Source: a bacterium
GTDB taxonomy: Bacteria > UBA8248
Reading direction: 5' to 3'
DNA: 64,000 nucleotides
NCBI GenBank assembly: GCA_965213625.1
Contig: CBDBZU010000004.1
Span: 2,144,001 to 2,208,000, forward strand
The number at the start of each line of letters is the position of its first letter. Position 1 is the first letter of the stretch. Under the pieces are notes generated by a model. That model was not told where the DNA came from, searched no databases, and saw only the letters and a program-made list of their open reading frames with translations. Position numbers and translations under genes: made by a program. This document shows, piece after piece, positions 9,203 to 19,266 of the stretch.

Positions 9203-10144
9203 TCAGGCGGCGCGCCTCTTCCCGAACAGATCCGAGTACGCTTTGGGCATGAACAGCAAGCCTATCGTCCCGTTCGCCAGCATGAAGGTGAGATGCGATA
9301 CGAGACTGTAGGCGAGCAGGTCTGCTTCCGCCGCGTAGTCTTTGAAGAAGAATATCCACGCCGCCTGGGAGGTGCCCAGGTGCGCCACCGTCACCGGAAG
9401 CGCCCCTATCATGAAGACGAGCGGCAGGAACGTGAGAAGCTGCAGCAGCGGAATGTCCATCCCGAAGAGCGTCAGGGCGTATTTGTGCACGAAAAGCGAA
9501 AGGAGGAATACGGAGCCTTTGAGCGCCAGGACGGTGAGGCCCTGCCCAAGGCGAACCGCCCGGAAAGTGTTGAGCAGGGTGTGGCCGCCGATTTTCTCAC
9601 CGATGACGCCAAGTCCCCCCCGCGCCACCTGGGTGATGAGCAGCCAGCAACAGGCGAGCCCGGCGGGCAGGGCGAACAGAAAGAGCGGCGCGCCTCCTGG
9701 AAAGGCGATGAGGCCGATAGTGGCGAAGGAGATCAGGTTCGTTACTTCGAGCAGGATGAGCATGGCGACCGTGCTCGTGATTTCGGCGAGCGGGGTCTGG
9801 AACCTGCGGTGAAAATAAAGCGCCAGCGCCACCTGTGCGAGCTGGGTGTTGATGATGGAGACGACGTAGGTGACGGCGCGCACGGGCAGCAGCGTCGGGA
9901 ACGTCAGCGGGCCGTGGAACCAGCGGATCATCCGGCTCAGGACGAAGGTGTCCATCAGGAAAAAACAGATGGAAAAACACCCCATCAGCACGAGAAAGGG
10001 CGCAAGCCTCGCCTTCGATATAGCGAGGACGAACTCGTGGAAGGGTATCCGCCAGAAGATGATGACGAAAATCACCACTGTGAGGCCGATGGGGATGAGT
10101 CGACCGGCTTTGCTGGATTGATGCGTATCCTGGTTTTGCTCCAA
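9203..10144 (-). CDS. Lysylphosphatidylglycerol-synthase TM / flippase-like (UPF0104) membrane protein
   Basis: About 8 TM segments and the LPVTVAHLGTSQAAW motif (family P.t..GlG..E.a). Confidence 0.75.
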   Translation of the reverse strand: MEQNQDTHQSSKAGRLIPIGLTVVIFVIIFWRIPFHEFVLAISKARLAPFLVLMGCFSICFFLMDTFVLSRMIRWFHGPLTFPTLLPVRAVTYVVSIINTQLAQVALALYFHRRFQTPLAEITSTVAMLILLEVTNLISFATIGLIAFPGGAPLFLFALPAGLACCWLLITQVARGGLGVIGEKIGGHTLLNTFRAVRLGQGLTVLALKGSVFLLSLFVHKYALTLFGMDIPLLQLLTFLPLVFMIGALPVTVAHLGTSQAAWIFFFKDYAAEADLLAYSLVSHLTFMLANGTIGLLFMPKAYSDLFGKRRAA

Positions 10145-10170
10145 TGCGAAACTCCTTGAAGGCGCAGCGG

Positions 10171-11124
10171 CTATTCCTGGTGCGGCAGCGAGAAGTCCAG
10201 AATCTCGTCGACGCCCGTGCGGGCGATGGGCGCGTCGCTTCCGGCTTCCTCATCGTTGCACAGATGCTCGTAGAATATAACGTCGAATACGGTGCGGCTC
10301 ATGGGGGAGGAGGGCGAGAGGCGGCTGATGATGCCCGACGCAAGCCGGGCCGGCCCCCTCGGAATCGTCAGGATACGGGGCCGTTTGCCGAGCCTCTGCC
10401 CGGCGCGAATGAGCAGTTCGCGGTAGAGCAGGGTCTCCGGCCCCACGAGGTTCACCCGCGTGAACGGCGCATCAAAATGATGAATCGCCCAATCGACAGC
10501 GCTCAGAACGTCGCCCAGGTATATCGGCTGTATCCGCACCGCGCCGCCCGCCACGAGGGGGATCGTCGAGGAGCGGAGCAGTCTTTTTATCTGGTTCATC
10601 GCGGGTGTGTCAGCCCCCAGAATCATGGGTACACGGAAGATGGCACCCGACACGAATTTTTCTGCAATCACGTCCTCGGCCTGGCCTTTCGTCCTGATGT
10701 ACTCGTTGTGAGACCTGGAATCCGCACCCGGAAAGCTAAGGTAGATGAACGACTTCACGCCGCAGCTCTTGCTCGCTTCGGCGACGTTTTTCGTGGTGAG
10801 CAGGTTCGCCTGGAGCAGGGAATCGCCCGCTCTCGGAACCAGCGAACCCGCAAGATGCGCCACGCAGTCCGCGCCGTCCATGGCGCGCGCGAGGCTTTCT
10901 GTGTCGTCGTAGTCCACTTCCATCAATTTGGCGGTGAGATCGCTGAGATTTGCGCTTCGCCCCAGGTCCCGGACGAGCGCGCGCAGACGCGGCGGACCAA
11001 TGGCTGAATTCTCGCCTAAGCGTTCGATGAGCGCTTTGCCTACGGCGCCGTTCGCACCCGTGATGGCGATGTCGATGGGGCTTCTCCCGATATGTCGAAA
11101 GGCGGCCGAGCGCACAGGGGCCAC
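10171..11124 (-). CDS. NAD(P)-dependent epimerase/dehydratase-like protein (atypical SDR, NDUFA9-like)
   Basis: ITGANGAVG, YIRTK and IQPIYLGDV motifs; start codon uncertain. Confidence 0.82.
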   Translation of the reverse strand: MAPVRSAAFRHIGRSPIDIAITGANGAVGKALIERLGENSAIGPPRLRALVRDLGRSANLSDLTAKLMEVDYDDTESLARAMDGADCVAHLAGSLVPRAGDSLLQANLLTTKNVAEASKSCGVKSFIYLSFPGADSRSHNEYIRTKGQAEDVIAEKFVSGAIFRVPMILGADTPAMNQIKRLLRSSTIPLVAGGAVRIQPIYLGDVLSAVDWAIHHFDAPFTRVNLVGPETLLYRELLIRAGQRLGKRPRILTIPRGPARLASGIISRLSPSSPMSRTVFDVIFYEHLCNDEEAGSDAPIARTGVDEILDFSLPHQE

Positions 11125-11160
11125 TCGCCTTTTCTTGAGACGCCTATACGGCGGCCTGGC

Positions 11161-12399
11161 CTATACCGTGAGCAGTTCGTGGGTCGGCGCGGTCATCTTC
11201 TCGATGGGCAGCCCGTGCGTGCAGGAGCCGGCGCAGCTTTGGTGGCTGCAGGTGAGGCACGCCGATGCGCCCGCGCCCAGCATGGAGTACTCGGCCTTGG
11301 CGAACCGCACGTCCTCATAGTCGGTCGCATACATGCGGGTGCGGAGCACGTCCGCGATGGGCACGTTCTCCGGGCACGCGCCCGCGCAGTCGTTGCACGC
11401 ATGGCGGCAGTAGGAGGTTCCGTTGAGCCGCGCGTATTTCTTCAAAATCGGCACCTCGCGGCGCGATATCTTTTTCCAGCCAGAGCCGCCCACGAACTCG
11501 GTGATGTTCTCCTTGCTCGTCATCGAGATAATGAGCGAGTCCACGTTGGGGTTCGAGAGCACCCAGCGGAAGGCGGCCTGCGAATAGGTGGCGCCTCCTT
11601 TCTCGTATGGACGCATGTCGTTCAGGCGCGCGCCCATGAGCGTCTTCATGGCGATGACGCCGATGCCCTTGGCTTTCGCCCGGGCAAGCGCGAGGGGCAG
11701 TTTCGGGAATCTGGCGATGAAATCGAATCCGCGCGTGAACCGCTGGTAGAAGGCCGGGTCCTGGCCGAAGTTGTAGGCCACGAGATATACGTCCACGACG
11801 CTGTTGTCGGTGCAGTAGTCGAGGCACTCGATCAGGTTGCCCGCATGGCCCGACATGCCGGAATAGCGGATTTTTCCCTGTTTTTTCGCGAGAGCGACGA
11901 ACTCGCTCCACTCGGGGTTCTTCATCCTGTCCACGTCGTTCACCGCGTGGTTGAAGTAGACGTCTACGTAGTCGGTCTGGAGTTTCTGGAGGCTCTGCTC
12001 GAGCGAGCGCATCATCGAGGCTTTGTCGTCGCTCGGTCCCGCATGCGTTTTGGACGCGATGTAGACCTTGTGGCGTTTTCCCTTGAGCGCGCGGCCGATG
12101 GTGGTCTCCGATTCCCCCCAGGAGTAGCTCTCGGCGGTATCGAAATAGTTGATGCCCAGATCGAGCGCGTGGTGTACGAGGTCTTCCTCGTCAGAGCCAA
12201 GCCTGCTGCTGCCGAATGAAATATCGGACATCTTGATGTCCGTCTTGCCGAGTGTCACGTAGCGGCGCACCCGGTTCTGCGCGGCGTCCGCGTTCATGGC
12301 GCGCGCGAAGGGCAGGAGTCCGGCGCCGAGGCCGGCGAAAGCGCTTTTTCGGATAAAATCGCGTCTTGGCAGAAAGTCGTAGTTTCGGGGCATCGGCAT
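11161..12399 (-). CDS. Aldo/keto reductase with twin-arginine leader and C-terminal Fe-S domain
   Basis: RRDFIRK leader; GINYFDTAESY, IASK and LQTDYVD AKR motifs; C-terminal CRHACNDCAGACP...CLTC..CAGSC. Confidence 0.88.
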   Translation of the reverse strand: MPMPRNYDFLPRRDFIRKSAFAGLGAGLLPFARAMNADAAQNRVRRYVTLGKTDIKMSDISFGSSRLGSDEEDLVHHALDLGINYFDTAESYSWGESETTIGRALKGKRHKVYIASKTHAGPSDDKASMMRSLEQSLQKLQTDYVDVYFNHAVNDVDRMKNPEWSEFVALAKKQGKIRYSGMSGHAGNLIECLDYCTDNSVVDVYLVAYNFGQDPAFYQRFTRGFDFIARFPKLPLALARAKAKGIGVIAMKTLMGARLNDMRPYEKGGATYSQAAFRWVLSNPNVDSLIISMTSKENITEFVGGSGWKKISRREVPILKKYARLNGTSYCRHACNDCAGACPENVPIADVLRTRMYATDYEDVRFAKAEYSMLGAGASACLTCSHQSCAGSCTHGLPIEKMTAPTHELLTV

Positions 12400-12529
12400 T
12401 CTCCAGGCTAGAGAAATGTGGCGACCCGCCTATCTCACATTATTTTTCCGTTCAGGTCAATTCGCGGGAATTGCTCCTGTAATAGTTTCACAGCAAAGTC
12501 CCAGGAGAAGTTTCGGTGCTTGGTCATAG

Positions 12530-13090
12530 TCAAGACGGCTGGAGAATTCCCAGAATGAACAGGAACAAGGCGAAAATGACTGCTATCCATATGATGCCTT
12601 TCAATCCACAACCAGAACCTGACGCCGCAACCGACTTTAACGGAATTGGATCGTGACCTGTAATTTCCTGAAACCGTTCCGACGACTGATCTCTCCACGA
12701 CTTCAGCGCAGCTTCAAATCCCGCGGCATCTTCGCGAGTAGAGAAGGGACTGGACGTCCATAGTAGCTTCGGGTCTCCACCGGCCGTGGATTTGACTTTG
12801 TTGTCTGTATGAGCCTTTACTCTCGCCCGAACATTGGCGCTGTGCCCCACATAGTGACCGTAGTCGGTATCCAGCAGGTATACAAAGAATTTTTTACGGC
12901 CCAGCTTCGCATCACGCTTGGCTTGGCCGCTGAGATGTTCCGGGTCGTGCCAACTGCTCCGTCGACGACGCATCTCACAGTTGTAGCAGCGTGTGTAACG
13001 GCGACTTATACGCCGTCCGCAATTGGAACAAGTGTTGAAGCGCAACATATTCTTGCCTGATTCACATGCCTGCGCCTCGGCCCAGCTCAT
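12530..13090 (-). CDS. GIY-YIG nuclease with N-terminal Zn finger and C-terminal membrane anchor
   Basis: CSNC..CYNC; FVYLL..HYVGHSANVRARVKAH...FEAALK; terminal hydrophobic helix; alternative ATG at 13048; lower GC than flanks. Confidence 0.8.
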   Translation of the reverse strand: MSWAEAQACESGKNMLRFNTCSNCGRRISRRYTRCYNCEMRRRRSSWHDPEHLSGQAKRDAKLGRKKFFVYLLDTDYGHYVGHSANVRARVKAHTDNKVKSTAGGDPKLLWTSSPFSTREDAAGFEAALKSWRDQSSERFQEITGHDPIPLKSVAASGSGCGLKGIIWIAVIFALFLFILGILQPS

Positions 13091-13219
13091 TCTTTTTCAC
13101 TGAGCCGAGGCTTGGCATCCTCGTGTGTTCGCAGCTTATGGGGTCAAAAACAGTTCTTTACTCACTTTCGCGTAATTGCCTCAACATTCGTGGTCGTAAA
13201 ACAACCCCGCGCTTACAAA

Positions 13220-14452
13220 TCACGCGTCGATGACGCGGAAGCTCCTGTCCTGGGGAATGAGCATCTCCCAGCCGTTTTCCTTCACGATGACCGAGTATTC
13301 GATCTGGTAACCGCCCTGGCCGAACGTGCCGATGGGCGCCTCGATGTTGATCACCGAATCGACGGGGTAGGGGATCTCGGAGGTTTCCGGGTAGAACGGC
13401 TGGTTGTACTTCGATTCGGGCCCGAGGATGAAGGGGAACTCCCTGGCTTCCAGGCCAATCGTGTGCCCTGCGAAGGGTGCGTCGAACTCGGGAAAGCGCG
13501 ACTGGATTCCCTTGACCAGCGCCTGATATATCTGGTTGCCCGTGCAGCCGGCCTTTATGACCTCCAGGCACTCGTGGAACCCCTCTTCGACTCCTTTCCA
13601 TTCGCGCTGCACGCGCGCGCTCGGCTCGCCGATGGAGCCGCAGCTTCCCGTGTCGGCGTTGTAGTTTTTATGAAACAAGCCGGCATCGAACATGAATCCG
13701 TCGCCTTTTTCGAGCTTTCTGTCGGTGGGCGGGAAGATGAAGACGCCCCTCGGGCCTGAGTTGAAGTGGAACCAGTGCCACATGCCGCCGGGCCGGGCCA
13801 CCTCCTGCCGCCAGACCTCGGCCACCTCGCGCTCGCTCACGCCCTCGCGCACGAATTCGAACACCTTGGTGATGGCGTCTTCGTTCACCTGCGCCGCCTC
13901 GCGCAGGCGGTCGAGCTCATCCGCCGTCTTGACGAGCCGCGTCATCAGGAACAGTCCCGAGCCGGGGATGAATTCACAATTGGGCAGTTTTTCCTTCAAG
14001 GTCGCGAACAGGCTGTCCGGGCAGCCCTCCTCATCCAAGGCGATTCTGCCGGAAGTGATGCCCCGGTCCCTGAGAGCGGCGAGGAGCCCGTCGAGCAGGG
14101 TCGCGTGTTTGGCCCCGCTTGCGTGGAGTTCGCGGTAGCGCTTCATCTCGTCGTCATGCGGCTCGTAGCCCTCCGGCTCGATGTGGTTCGCCTGTCCGCC
14201 CCAGACGTAGACGTTCTCCGCGTGTCCGCCGTAGGCGGCGTAATAGGTGTTGTCCGCGCGGTTCATGATGAGGTCGGTGCCGGCGTCCGGGTCGTTGGTC
14301 ATCACGCCGTAGCTTTTTCGCGCGCGGTAGACCCGCTGCGCCCAGCCGATGTGGCCCGTCAGGTAGGTGACGTTCTCGAGGGTCGTGCCGATCATGGCCG
14401 CCACGTCGTGTTCTCGCATCAGTTCCAGCGCGCGTTCCCTGTTGTAGAGCAT
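13220..14452 (-). CDS. M24 family (Xaa-Pro aminopeptidase/creatinase-like) hydrolase
   Basis: ENVTYLTG, RLVKTADEL, and metal ligands in FDAG..YNADT, GHTIGLE, INIEAP and IEYSV. Confidence 0.88.
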   Translation of the reverse strand: MLYNRERALELMREHDVAAMIGTTLENVTYLTGHIGWAQRVYRARKSYGVMTNDPDAGTDLIMNRADNTYYAAYGGHAENVYVWGGQANHIEPEGYEPHDDEMKRYRELHASGAKHATLLDGLLAALRDRGITSGRIALDEEGCPDSLFATLKEKLPNCEFIPGSGLFLMTRLVKTADELDRLREAAQVNEDAITKVFEFVREGVSEREVAEVWRQEVARPGGMWHWFHFNSGPRGVFIFPPTDRKLEKGDGFMFDAGLFHKNYNADTGSCGSIGEPSARVQREWKGVEEGFHECLEVIKAGCTGNQIYQALVKGIQSRFPEFDAPFAGHTIGLEAREFPFILGPESKYNQPFYPETSEIPYPVDSVINIEAPIGTFGQGGYQIEYSVIVKENGWEMLIPQDRSFRVIDA

Positions 14453-14644
14453 GTTTTTCTCCCTGAAAAAATTTCTTTTGCTGCACGGAATTTTGTTGGA
14501 AAATGTCTTGGGGGGAATATGTACCACAACCAAAGCGCCTCAAGCGAGGCTGAGCGCCTTGACAGAAACGGGCCGAAGCGCAAGGTTTAGCAACAGCGGG
14601 AGCAGTTGGCCCGTCATCTATTTCGTCATCCTGAGGAGAAGAAG

Positions 14645-15226
14645 TTGAGCGTGGACCTGGATCGCGCAAGCGCCGAGGCGCTTTTATTTGAGTGGACCAA
14701 GAGCCCCGGCTTGAGAGCGCACGCCCGGGCGGTGGAGGCCGCCCTTTGCGCCTACGCGAGGAAATACGGTGAAGACGAGGCGCTCTGGAGCGTCACAGGT
14801 CTCTTGCACGACATGGATTACGAAAAGCATCCCTCGCCTGAAGAGCACCCCGAGACCGGCTGCGCGGTGTTGCGGGAGGCGGGCTATCCCGAGGAAATGA
14901 TACAGGCCATTCTGGGGCACGCGGAGTACCTGAACATCCCCCGGGAGACGCGCCTCGCCCAGGCGCTCTTCGCCGTGGATGAACTGGTGGGCCTCATCAC
15001 CGCCGTCGCCCTGGTGAATCCGGCGAAAGACGTCCGCCAGGTGAAGCCGAGAAGCATACGGAAAAAGTGGAAGGACAAGAATTTCGCCAAGGGCGTGAAT
15101 CGTGCGGATGTGGAGCTGGGAGCCTCGGAGCTTGGGGTGCCTCTGGAGGAGCACGTCGCCTTTACGCTGGAAGCCATGCAGGGGGCGGCTGAGGATTTAG
15201 GCCTCGACGGTTCCCGTGCGGGCTGA
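14645..15226 (+). CDS. HD-domain (HDIG) metal-dependent phosphohydrolase
   Basis: LRAHARAVE, GLLHDMDYE, AILGHA, LFAVDELVG and KKWKDKNFAKGVNR motifs. Confidence 0.88.
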   Translation: MSVDLDRASAEALLFEWTKSPGLRAHARAVEAALCAYARKYGEDEALWSVTGLLHDMDYEKHPSPEEHPETGCAVLREAGYPEEMIQAILGHAEYLNIPRETRLAQALFAVDELVGLITAVALVNPAKDVRQVKPRSIRKKWKDKNFAKGVNRADVELGASELGVPLEEHVAFTLEAMQGAAEDLGLDGSRAG

Positions 15227-15263
15227 TGTATTTGATTTTTTTGAAAAAAAGCTTGGTTTTGCG

Positions 15264-15292
15264 TTGACGGCTTTGAATGATTTCCGCATAAT
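15264..15292 (+). promoter_or_regulatory. Sigma70-like promoter upstream of korA
   Basis: TTGACG-N17-CATAAT preceded by an A/T tract. Confidence 0.55.
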
Positions 15293-15444
15293 TCGCGATC
15301 GGCTGGTTGATGTATGAATCGCCACTCGGACTCGAATGGACATGCCCAAAAAAAATATGCACGACATATGGTATTTCTCAGTGAATGAAACCCTCCACGA
15401 ATTTCCCTATACCAGATACATCCAATTAAAGGACAACCAAACCA

Positions 15445-17301
15445 ATGGCTGAGTCTTCAGGTAAAAACGGGGCCGAGAAGCAGCTTGTTGAACTCGAAAC
15501 GGTTGCGATTCGATTCGCCGGCGATTCCGGCGACGGGATGCAGCTCACCGGAGACAGGTTCACGAACGCGGCGGCCATCGCCGGGAACGATTTGAGCACG
15601 TTTCCCGACTTTCCCGCCGAGATTCGCGCGCCCGTCGGAACCCTCGCCGGTGTCAGCGGGTTCCAGATCAACTTCTCGAGCAAGGACATCCATACCCCGG
15701 GCGACGCCGTGGACGTACTCGTGGCGATGAACCCCGCCGCGCTCAAGACGAGCATCGGCGATTTGAAGAGCGGGGGCATCATCATCGCGAACGTGGACAA
15801 CTTCGGCCAGAAGAACCTGGCCAAGGCCGGTTATGAGTCCAACCCCCTCGAGGATGAGGAGTTCAAGGGCAACTACGACATCCACGAAGTGAAGATCACC
15901 TCCATGACGCGCCAGGCCCTCGAAGACATGGAGCTGCAGTCCAACCTGGCGGATCGGTGCAAGAACTTCTTCGCGCTGGGCCTGATGTACTGGATGTACT
16001 CGCGTCCGCTGGATCCGACAAAGCAGTGGATCGAGGAGAAATTCGGAAAACGCCCCGAGTTCGTGCAGGCCAACACGCGCGCGCTCGAGGCCGGGTATTT
16101 CTTCGGTGAGAACACCGAGGTCTTCACCAGCAACTACATCGTGCGCGAGGCGACCTATCCGCCCGGCAAGTACAGGAACATATCCGGCAACGTCGCCCTG
16201 GCGTACGGCTTCATTGCGGCGACGAAGAAGATGGGCATCAACCTCTTCTGGGGCGCCTATCCGATTACGCCGGCCAGCGACGTTCTCCACGAACTCTCCC
16301 GCCACAAGAATTTCGGCGTGCAGACCTTCCAGGCGGAAGATGAAATCGCCGCCGTGTCCGCGGCGCTTGGCGCTTCGTTCACCGGCTCGCTCGGCGTAAC
16401 GTGCTCGAGCGGCCCCGGCATCGCCCTCAAGGCTGAAGCCATGGGTCTCGGCGTGATGACGGAGCTTCCCATGGTCATCGCCAACATCCAGCGCGGCGGC
16501 CCGAGCACGGGCCTGCCCACGAAGACCGAGCAGGCCGACCTGCTCCAGGTGATGTTCGGGCGCAACAGTGAAAGCCCGCTGCCGATCGTGGCGGCGGCCA
16601 CGCCGGGGGATTGCTTCTGGACGGCGATAGAAGCGAGCCGCCTGGCGGTGAAATACATGACGCCGGTGGTGGTCCTGAGTGACGGCTACCTGGCCAACGG
16701 CTCGGAACCCTGGCTGCTGCCCAAGGCGGATGATATTCCCGAGATGCCGGTGACCTACAGGACGGACCCGGAAGGGTTCCTGCCCTATCTTCGGGACCCG
16801 GAAACGATGGCCCGTCCATGGGCGATTCCCGGGACGCCCGGACTCGAGCACAGAATCGGCGGGATCGAGAAGGAAGACCAGACCGGCAACGTCAACTACG
16901 AGCCCGAGAACCACGAATTCATGGTGCGCACGCGCGATGAGAAGATTGCGGGCATCGCGAAGGACATCCCGCCCGCGGAGGTCATCGGCGATCAGAGCGG
17001 CAAGGTTCTCGTCATCGGCTGGGGCGGAACCTTCGGCGCCATCACGGCGGCAATCGAGGCTCTACAAGCCCGGGGCGCTTCCGTATCCCAGGTACACCTC
17101 CGGCACCTCAACCCCTTCCCGGCGAACCTCGAAGAAGTGCTCGGCAATTTCGAAAAAATTCTCGTCCCCGAGTTGAACCTCGGGCAACTCTCCAAGATGC
17201 TCCGCTACCAATATCTGGTCGACACGATCAGCTTCAACAAAATCCAAGGAAAGCCCTTCAAGGTCGGCGAACTGATTACCAAGATTGAGGAGTTACTCTA
17301 A
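15445..17301 (+). CDS. korA: 2-oxoacid:ferredoxin oxidoreductase alpha subunit
   Basis: FAGDSGDGMQLTG, YPITPAS, QAEDEIAA and QRGGPSTGLPTKTEQ motifs. Confidence 0.95.
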   Translation: MAESSGKNGAEKQLVELETVAIRFAGDSGDGMQLTGDRFTNAAAIAGNDLSTFPDFPAEIRAPVGTLAGVSGFQINFSSKDIHTPGDAVDVLVAMNPAALKTSIGDLKSGGIIIANVDNFGQKNLAKAGYESNPLEDEEFKGNYDIHEVKITSMTRQALEDMELQSNLADRCKNFFALGLMYWMYSRPLDPTKQWIEEKFGKRPEFVQANTRALEAGYFFGENTEVFTSNYIVREATYPPGKYRNISGNVALAYGFIAATKKMGINLFWGAYPITPASDVLHELSRHKNFGVQTFQAEDEIAAVSAALGASFTGSLGVTCSSGPGIALKAEAMGLGVMTELPMVIANIQRGGPSTGLPTKTEQADLLQVMFGRNSESPLPIVAAATPGDCFWTAIEASRLAVKYMTPVVVLSDGYLANGSEPWLLPKADDIPEMPVTYRTDPEGFLPYLRDPETMARPWAIPGTPGLEHRIGGIEKEDQTGNVNYEPENHEFMVRTRDEKIAGIAKDIPPAEVIGDQSGKVLVIGWGGTFGAITAAIEALQARGASVSQVHLRHLNPFPANLEEVLGNFEKILVPELNLGQLSKMLRYQYLVDTISFNKIQGKPFKVGELITKIEELL

Positions 17302-18324
17302 ATGTCTACGACGACAGCCAAGAACGGCGGGGGGTTGGGCCTCACCCGCAAGGATTTTCAGTCCGACCAAGTCGTGCGCTGGTGCCCGGGTTGCGGTGAC
17401 TACGCGATTCTGGCGCAGATGCAGAAGGTGCTGCCGACGCTCGAGATTCCGCGCGAGAAGTTCGTTTTCGTATCCGGTATCGGCTGCGCGGCGCGCTTTC
17501 CCTACTACATGGACACGTTCGGTTTCCACACCATTCACGGACGCGCTCCGGCGTTCGCCACCGGCGTGAAGGTGAGCAACCCGGACCTCTCCGTCTGGGT
17601 CATCAGCGGCGACGGCGACGCGCTGTCCATCGGCGGAAACCACCTGATTCACTCCATGCGCCGCAACGTGGGCGTCAAGATCATTCTCTTCAACAACCGC
17701 GTGTACGGATTGACCAAGGGCCAGTATTCACCGACCTCGCTTCTGGGCTCGCGCACGAAATCCACGCCCATCGGCTCGGTGGACTATCCGCTCCACCCGC
17801 TGACGCTGGCCCTGGGAGCGGAGTGCAGCTTCGTGGCCCGCACGACGGACAGGGATCAGAAGCACATGGCCTCGATGTTCGAGGAGATGGCGAACCACGA
17901 AGGCACGTCGCTTCTCGAGGTGTTGCAGAACTGCATCGTGTTCAACGACGGCGCGTGGCACAAGTTCACCGAGAAAGGCATGAAAGAGCAGAACGTGATG
18001 TATCTCGAAGACGGCCAGCCCCTCGTCTATGGCCCGCAGGATGATCGCAAGGGAATCTCCCTGGATGATTACAAGGTCCGGGTCGTCGAGGCCGATTCTC
18101 CCGACGTCACCGTCCACCGCGTGGACGATGAGGCGGGCGGCTACGCCCATATCCTGAGCCGGGTCGAACTCGAAGGCGGCCCCGTGCCCCTGGGCGTTCT
18201 GAGAAAGGTGGAGCGTCCGCCGTTCGAGGGATTGATGGTGGATCAAGTCGCCGCAGCCCAGGCGAAAGGCGAGGGCGATATCGACACGCTCTTGAATTCG
18301 GGAGATACCTGGGAGCACCACTAG
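17302..18324 (+). CDS. korB: 2-oxoacid:ferredoxin oxidoreductase beta subunit
   Basis: WCPGCGD, SGIGC, GDGD TPP motif and NNRVYGLTKGQYSPT. Confidence 0.95.
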   Translation: MSTTTAKNGGGLGLTRKDFQSDQVVRWCPGCGDYAILAQMQKVLPTLEIPREKFVFVSGIGCAARFPYYMDTFGFHTIHGRAPAFATGVKVSNPDLSVWVISGDGDALSIGGNHLIHSMRRNVGVKIILFNNRVYGLTKGQYSPTSLLGSRTKSTPIGSVDYPLHPLTLALGAECSFVARTTDRDQKHMASMFEEMANHEGTSLLEVLQNCIVFNDGAWHKFTEKGMKEQNVMYLEDGQPLVYGPQDDRKGISLDDYKVRVVEADSPDVTVHRVDDEAGGYAHILSRVELEGGPVPLGVLRKVERPPFEGLMVDQVAAAQAKGEGDIDTLLNSGDTWEHH

Positions 18325-18338
18325 TATTCGTCGCCTCC

Positions 18339-18372
18339 AAGGGCCGCCGGGATTCGACCTGGCGGCCTTTTT
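18339..18372 (+). terminator. Rho-independent terminator after korB
   Basis: GGCCGCCGGG-ATTCGA-CCTGGCGGCC followed by a T run. Confidence 0.65.
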
Positions 18373-18396
18373 CGCGCCTTCTGGCGTCCGGAACCC

Positions 18397-19266
18397 ATGT
18401 CAAAAACCTTCACCCTTCTTCTAGTTCATGCGCACCCCGACGATGAGTGCAGCAGTACGGGCGGTCTGATTCTCAAGAGCGCGCGAGAAGGTCACCGCGT
18501 CATACTCGTCACCTGCACCAACGGCGAGATGGGGAAGATGGAGCATCTCGACGTGAATCTTGACCCCGAATCCGAGTCGGACCAGGACAGGCTCGGGGAA
18601 ATCAGAATCGAAGAACTGGAACGCGCGGCGCGGATTTTGCGGATTACGGAAGTTCACACCTTGGGCTATCGCGATTCGGGCATGGACGGCTGGGAGGGCA
18701 ACGGGCACGCCAAGGCGTTCAAGAACGCCGATGAGGAAGAAGTCGTCGGCAGGATTGTGGGCTACATACGCCGCTATCGCCCCGACGTGGTCATCACCTA
18801 CAACGAGCAGGGTGGATACGGCCACCCCGATCACTTGAAGGCCAACAAGGTCACCACCGAAGCGTTGGAGGCGGCCGCAGACCCCGCTCGATTCCCCGAA
18901 GAAGGAAATGAGGTCTGGCGCGTGCCCAAGTTTTACCACACGGCGTGGTCGCGCTCGAAGATGCTGCGCGCCTGGCGCTGGATGAAGTTTTTCGGGCAGA
19001 AAACGCCGCTCGACGATCCCGACTTCCGGGAGGACAAGTACGGTACGCCGGATGAAGTCATCACCACCCGCGTGAACATCCGCTGGCAGCTTCGCCGCAA
19101 ATTTCGCGCGCTCACCGCGCACCAGAGCCAGATTAACGGAAATTTCTTCTGGTGGTTCGTTCGCTTGACCGGGCGCTGGCTCTACAAAGAGGAATCCTTC
19201 GTTCGCGTCCAATCACAGGCGGAAGTGCGAGGCGAGGAGAGTTCGGTGTACGAGGGACTATCCTGA
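18397..19266 (+). CDS. PIG-L family deacetylase/amidase (MshB/Mca-like)
   Basis: VHAHPDDE, TCTNGE, LGYRDSGM, GGYGHPDH and AHQSQ motifs. Confidence 0.88.
   Translation: MSKTFTLLLVHAHPDDECSSTGGLILKSAREGHRVILVTCTNGEMGKMEHLDVNLDPESESDQDRLGEIRIEELERAARILRITEVHTLGYRDSGMDGWEGNGHAKAFKNADEEEVVGRIVGYIRRYRPDVVITYNEQGGYGHPDHLKANKVTTEALEAAADPARFPEEGNEVWRVPKFYHTAWSRSKMLRAWRWMKFFGQKTPLDDPDFREDKYGTPDEVITTRVNIRWQLRRKFRALTAHQSQINGNFFWWFVRLTGRWLYKEESFVRVQSQAEVRGEESSVYEGLS

Noticed and set aside
12400-13215. Integron cassette or repeat-flanked context for the GIY-YIG gene
   Set aside because: No attC-like RYYYAAC...GTTRRRY pair and none of the palindromic repeats flank it
15457-16914. Long antisense ORFs (also 1926-3164, 11092-12219, 34258-35280 and others)
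   Set aside because: Typical stop-poor shadow frames of GC-rich coding regions with no motifs
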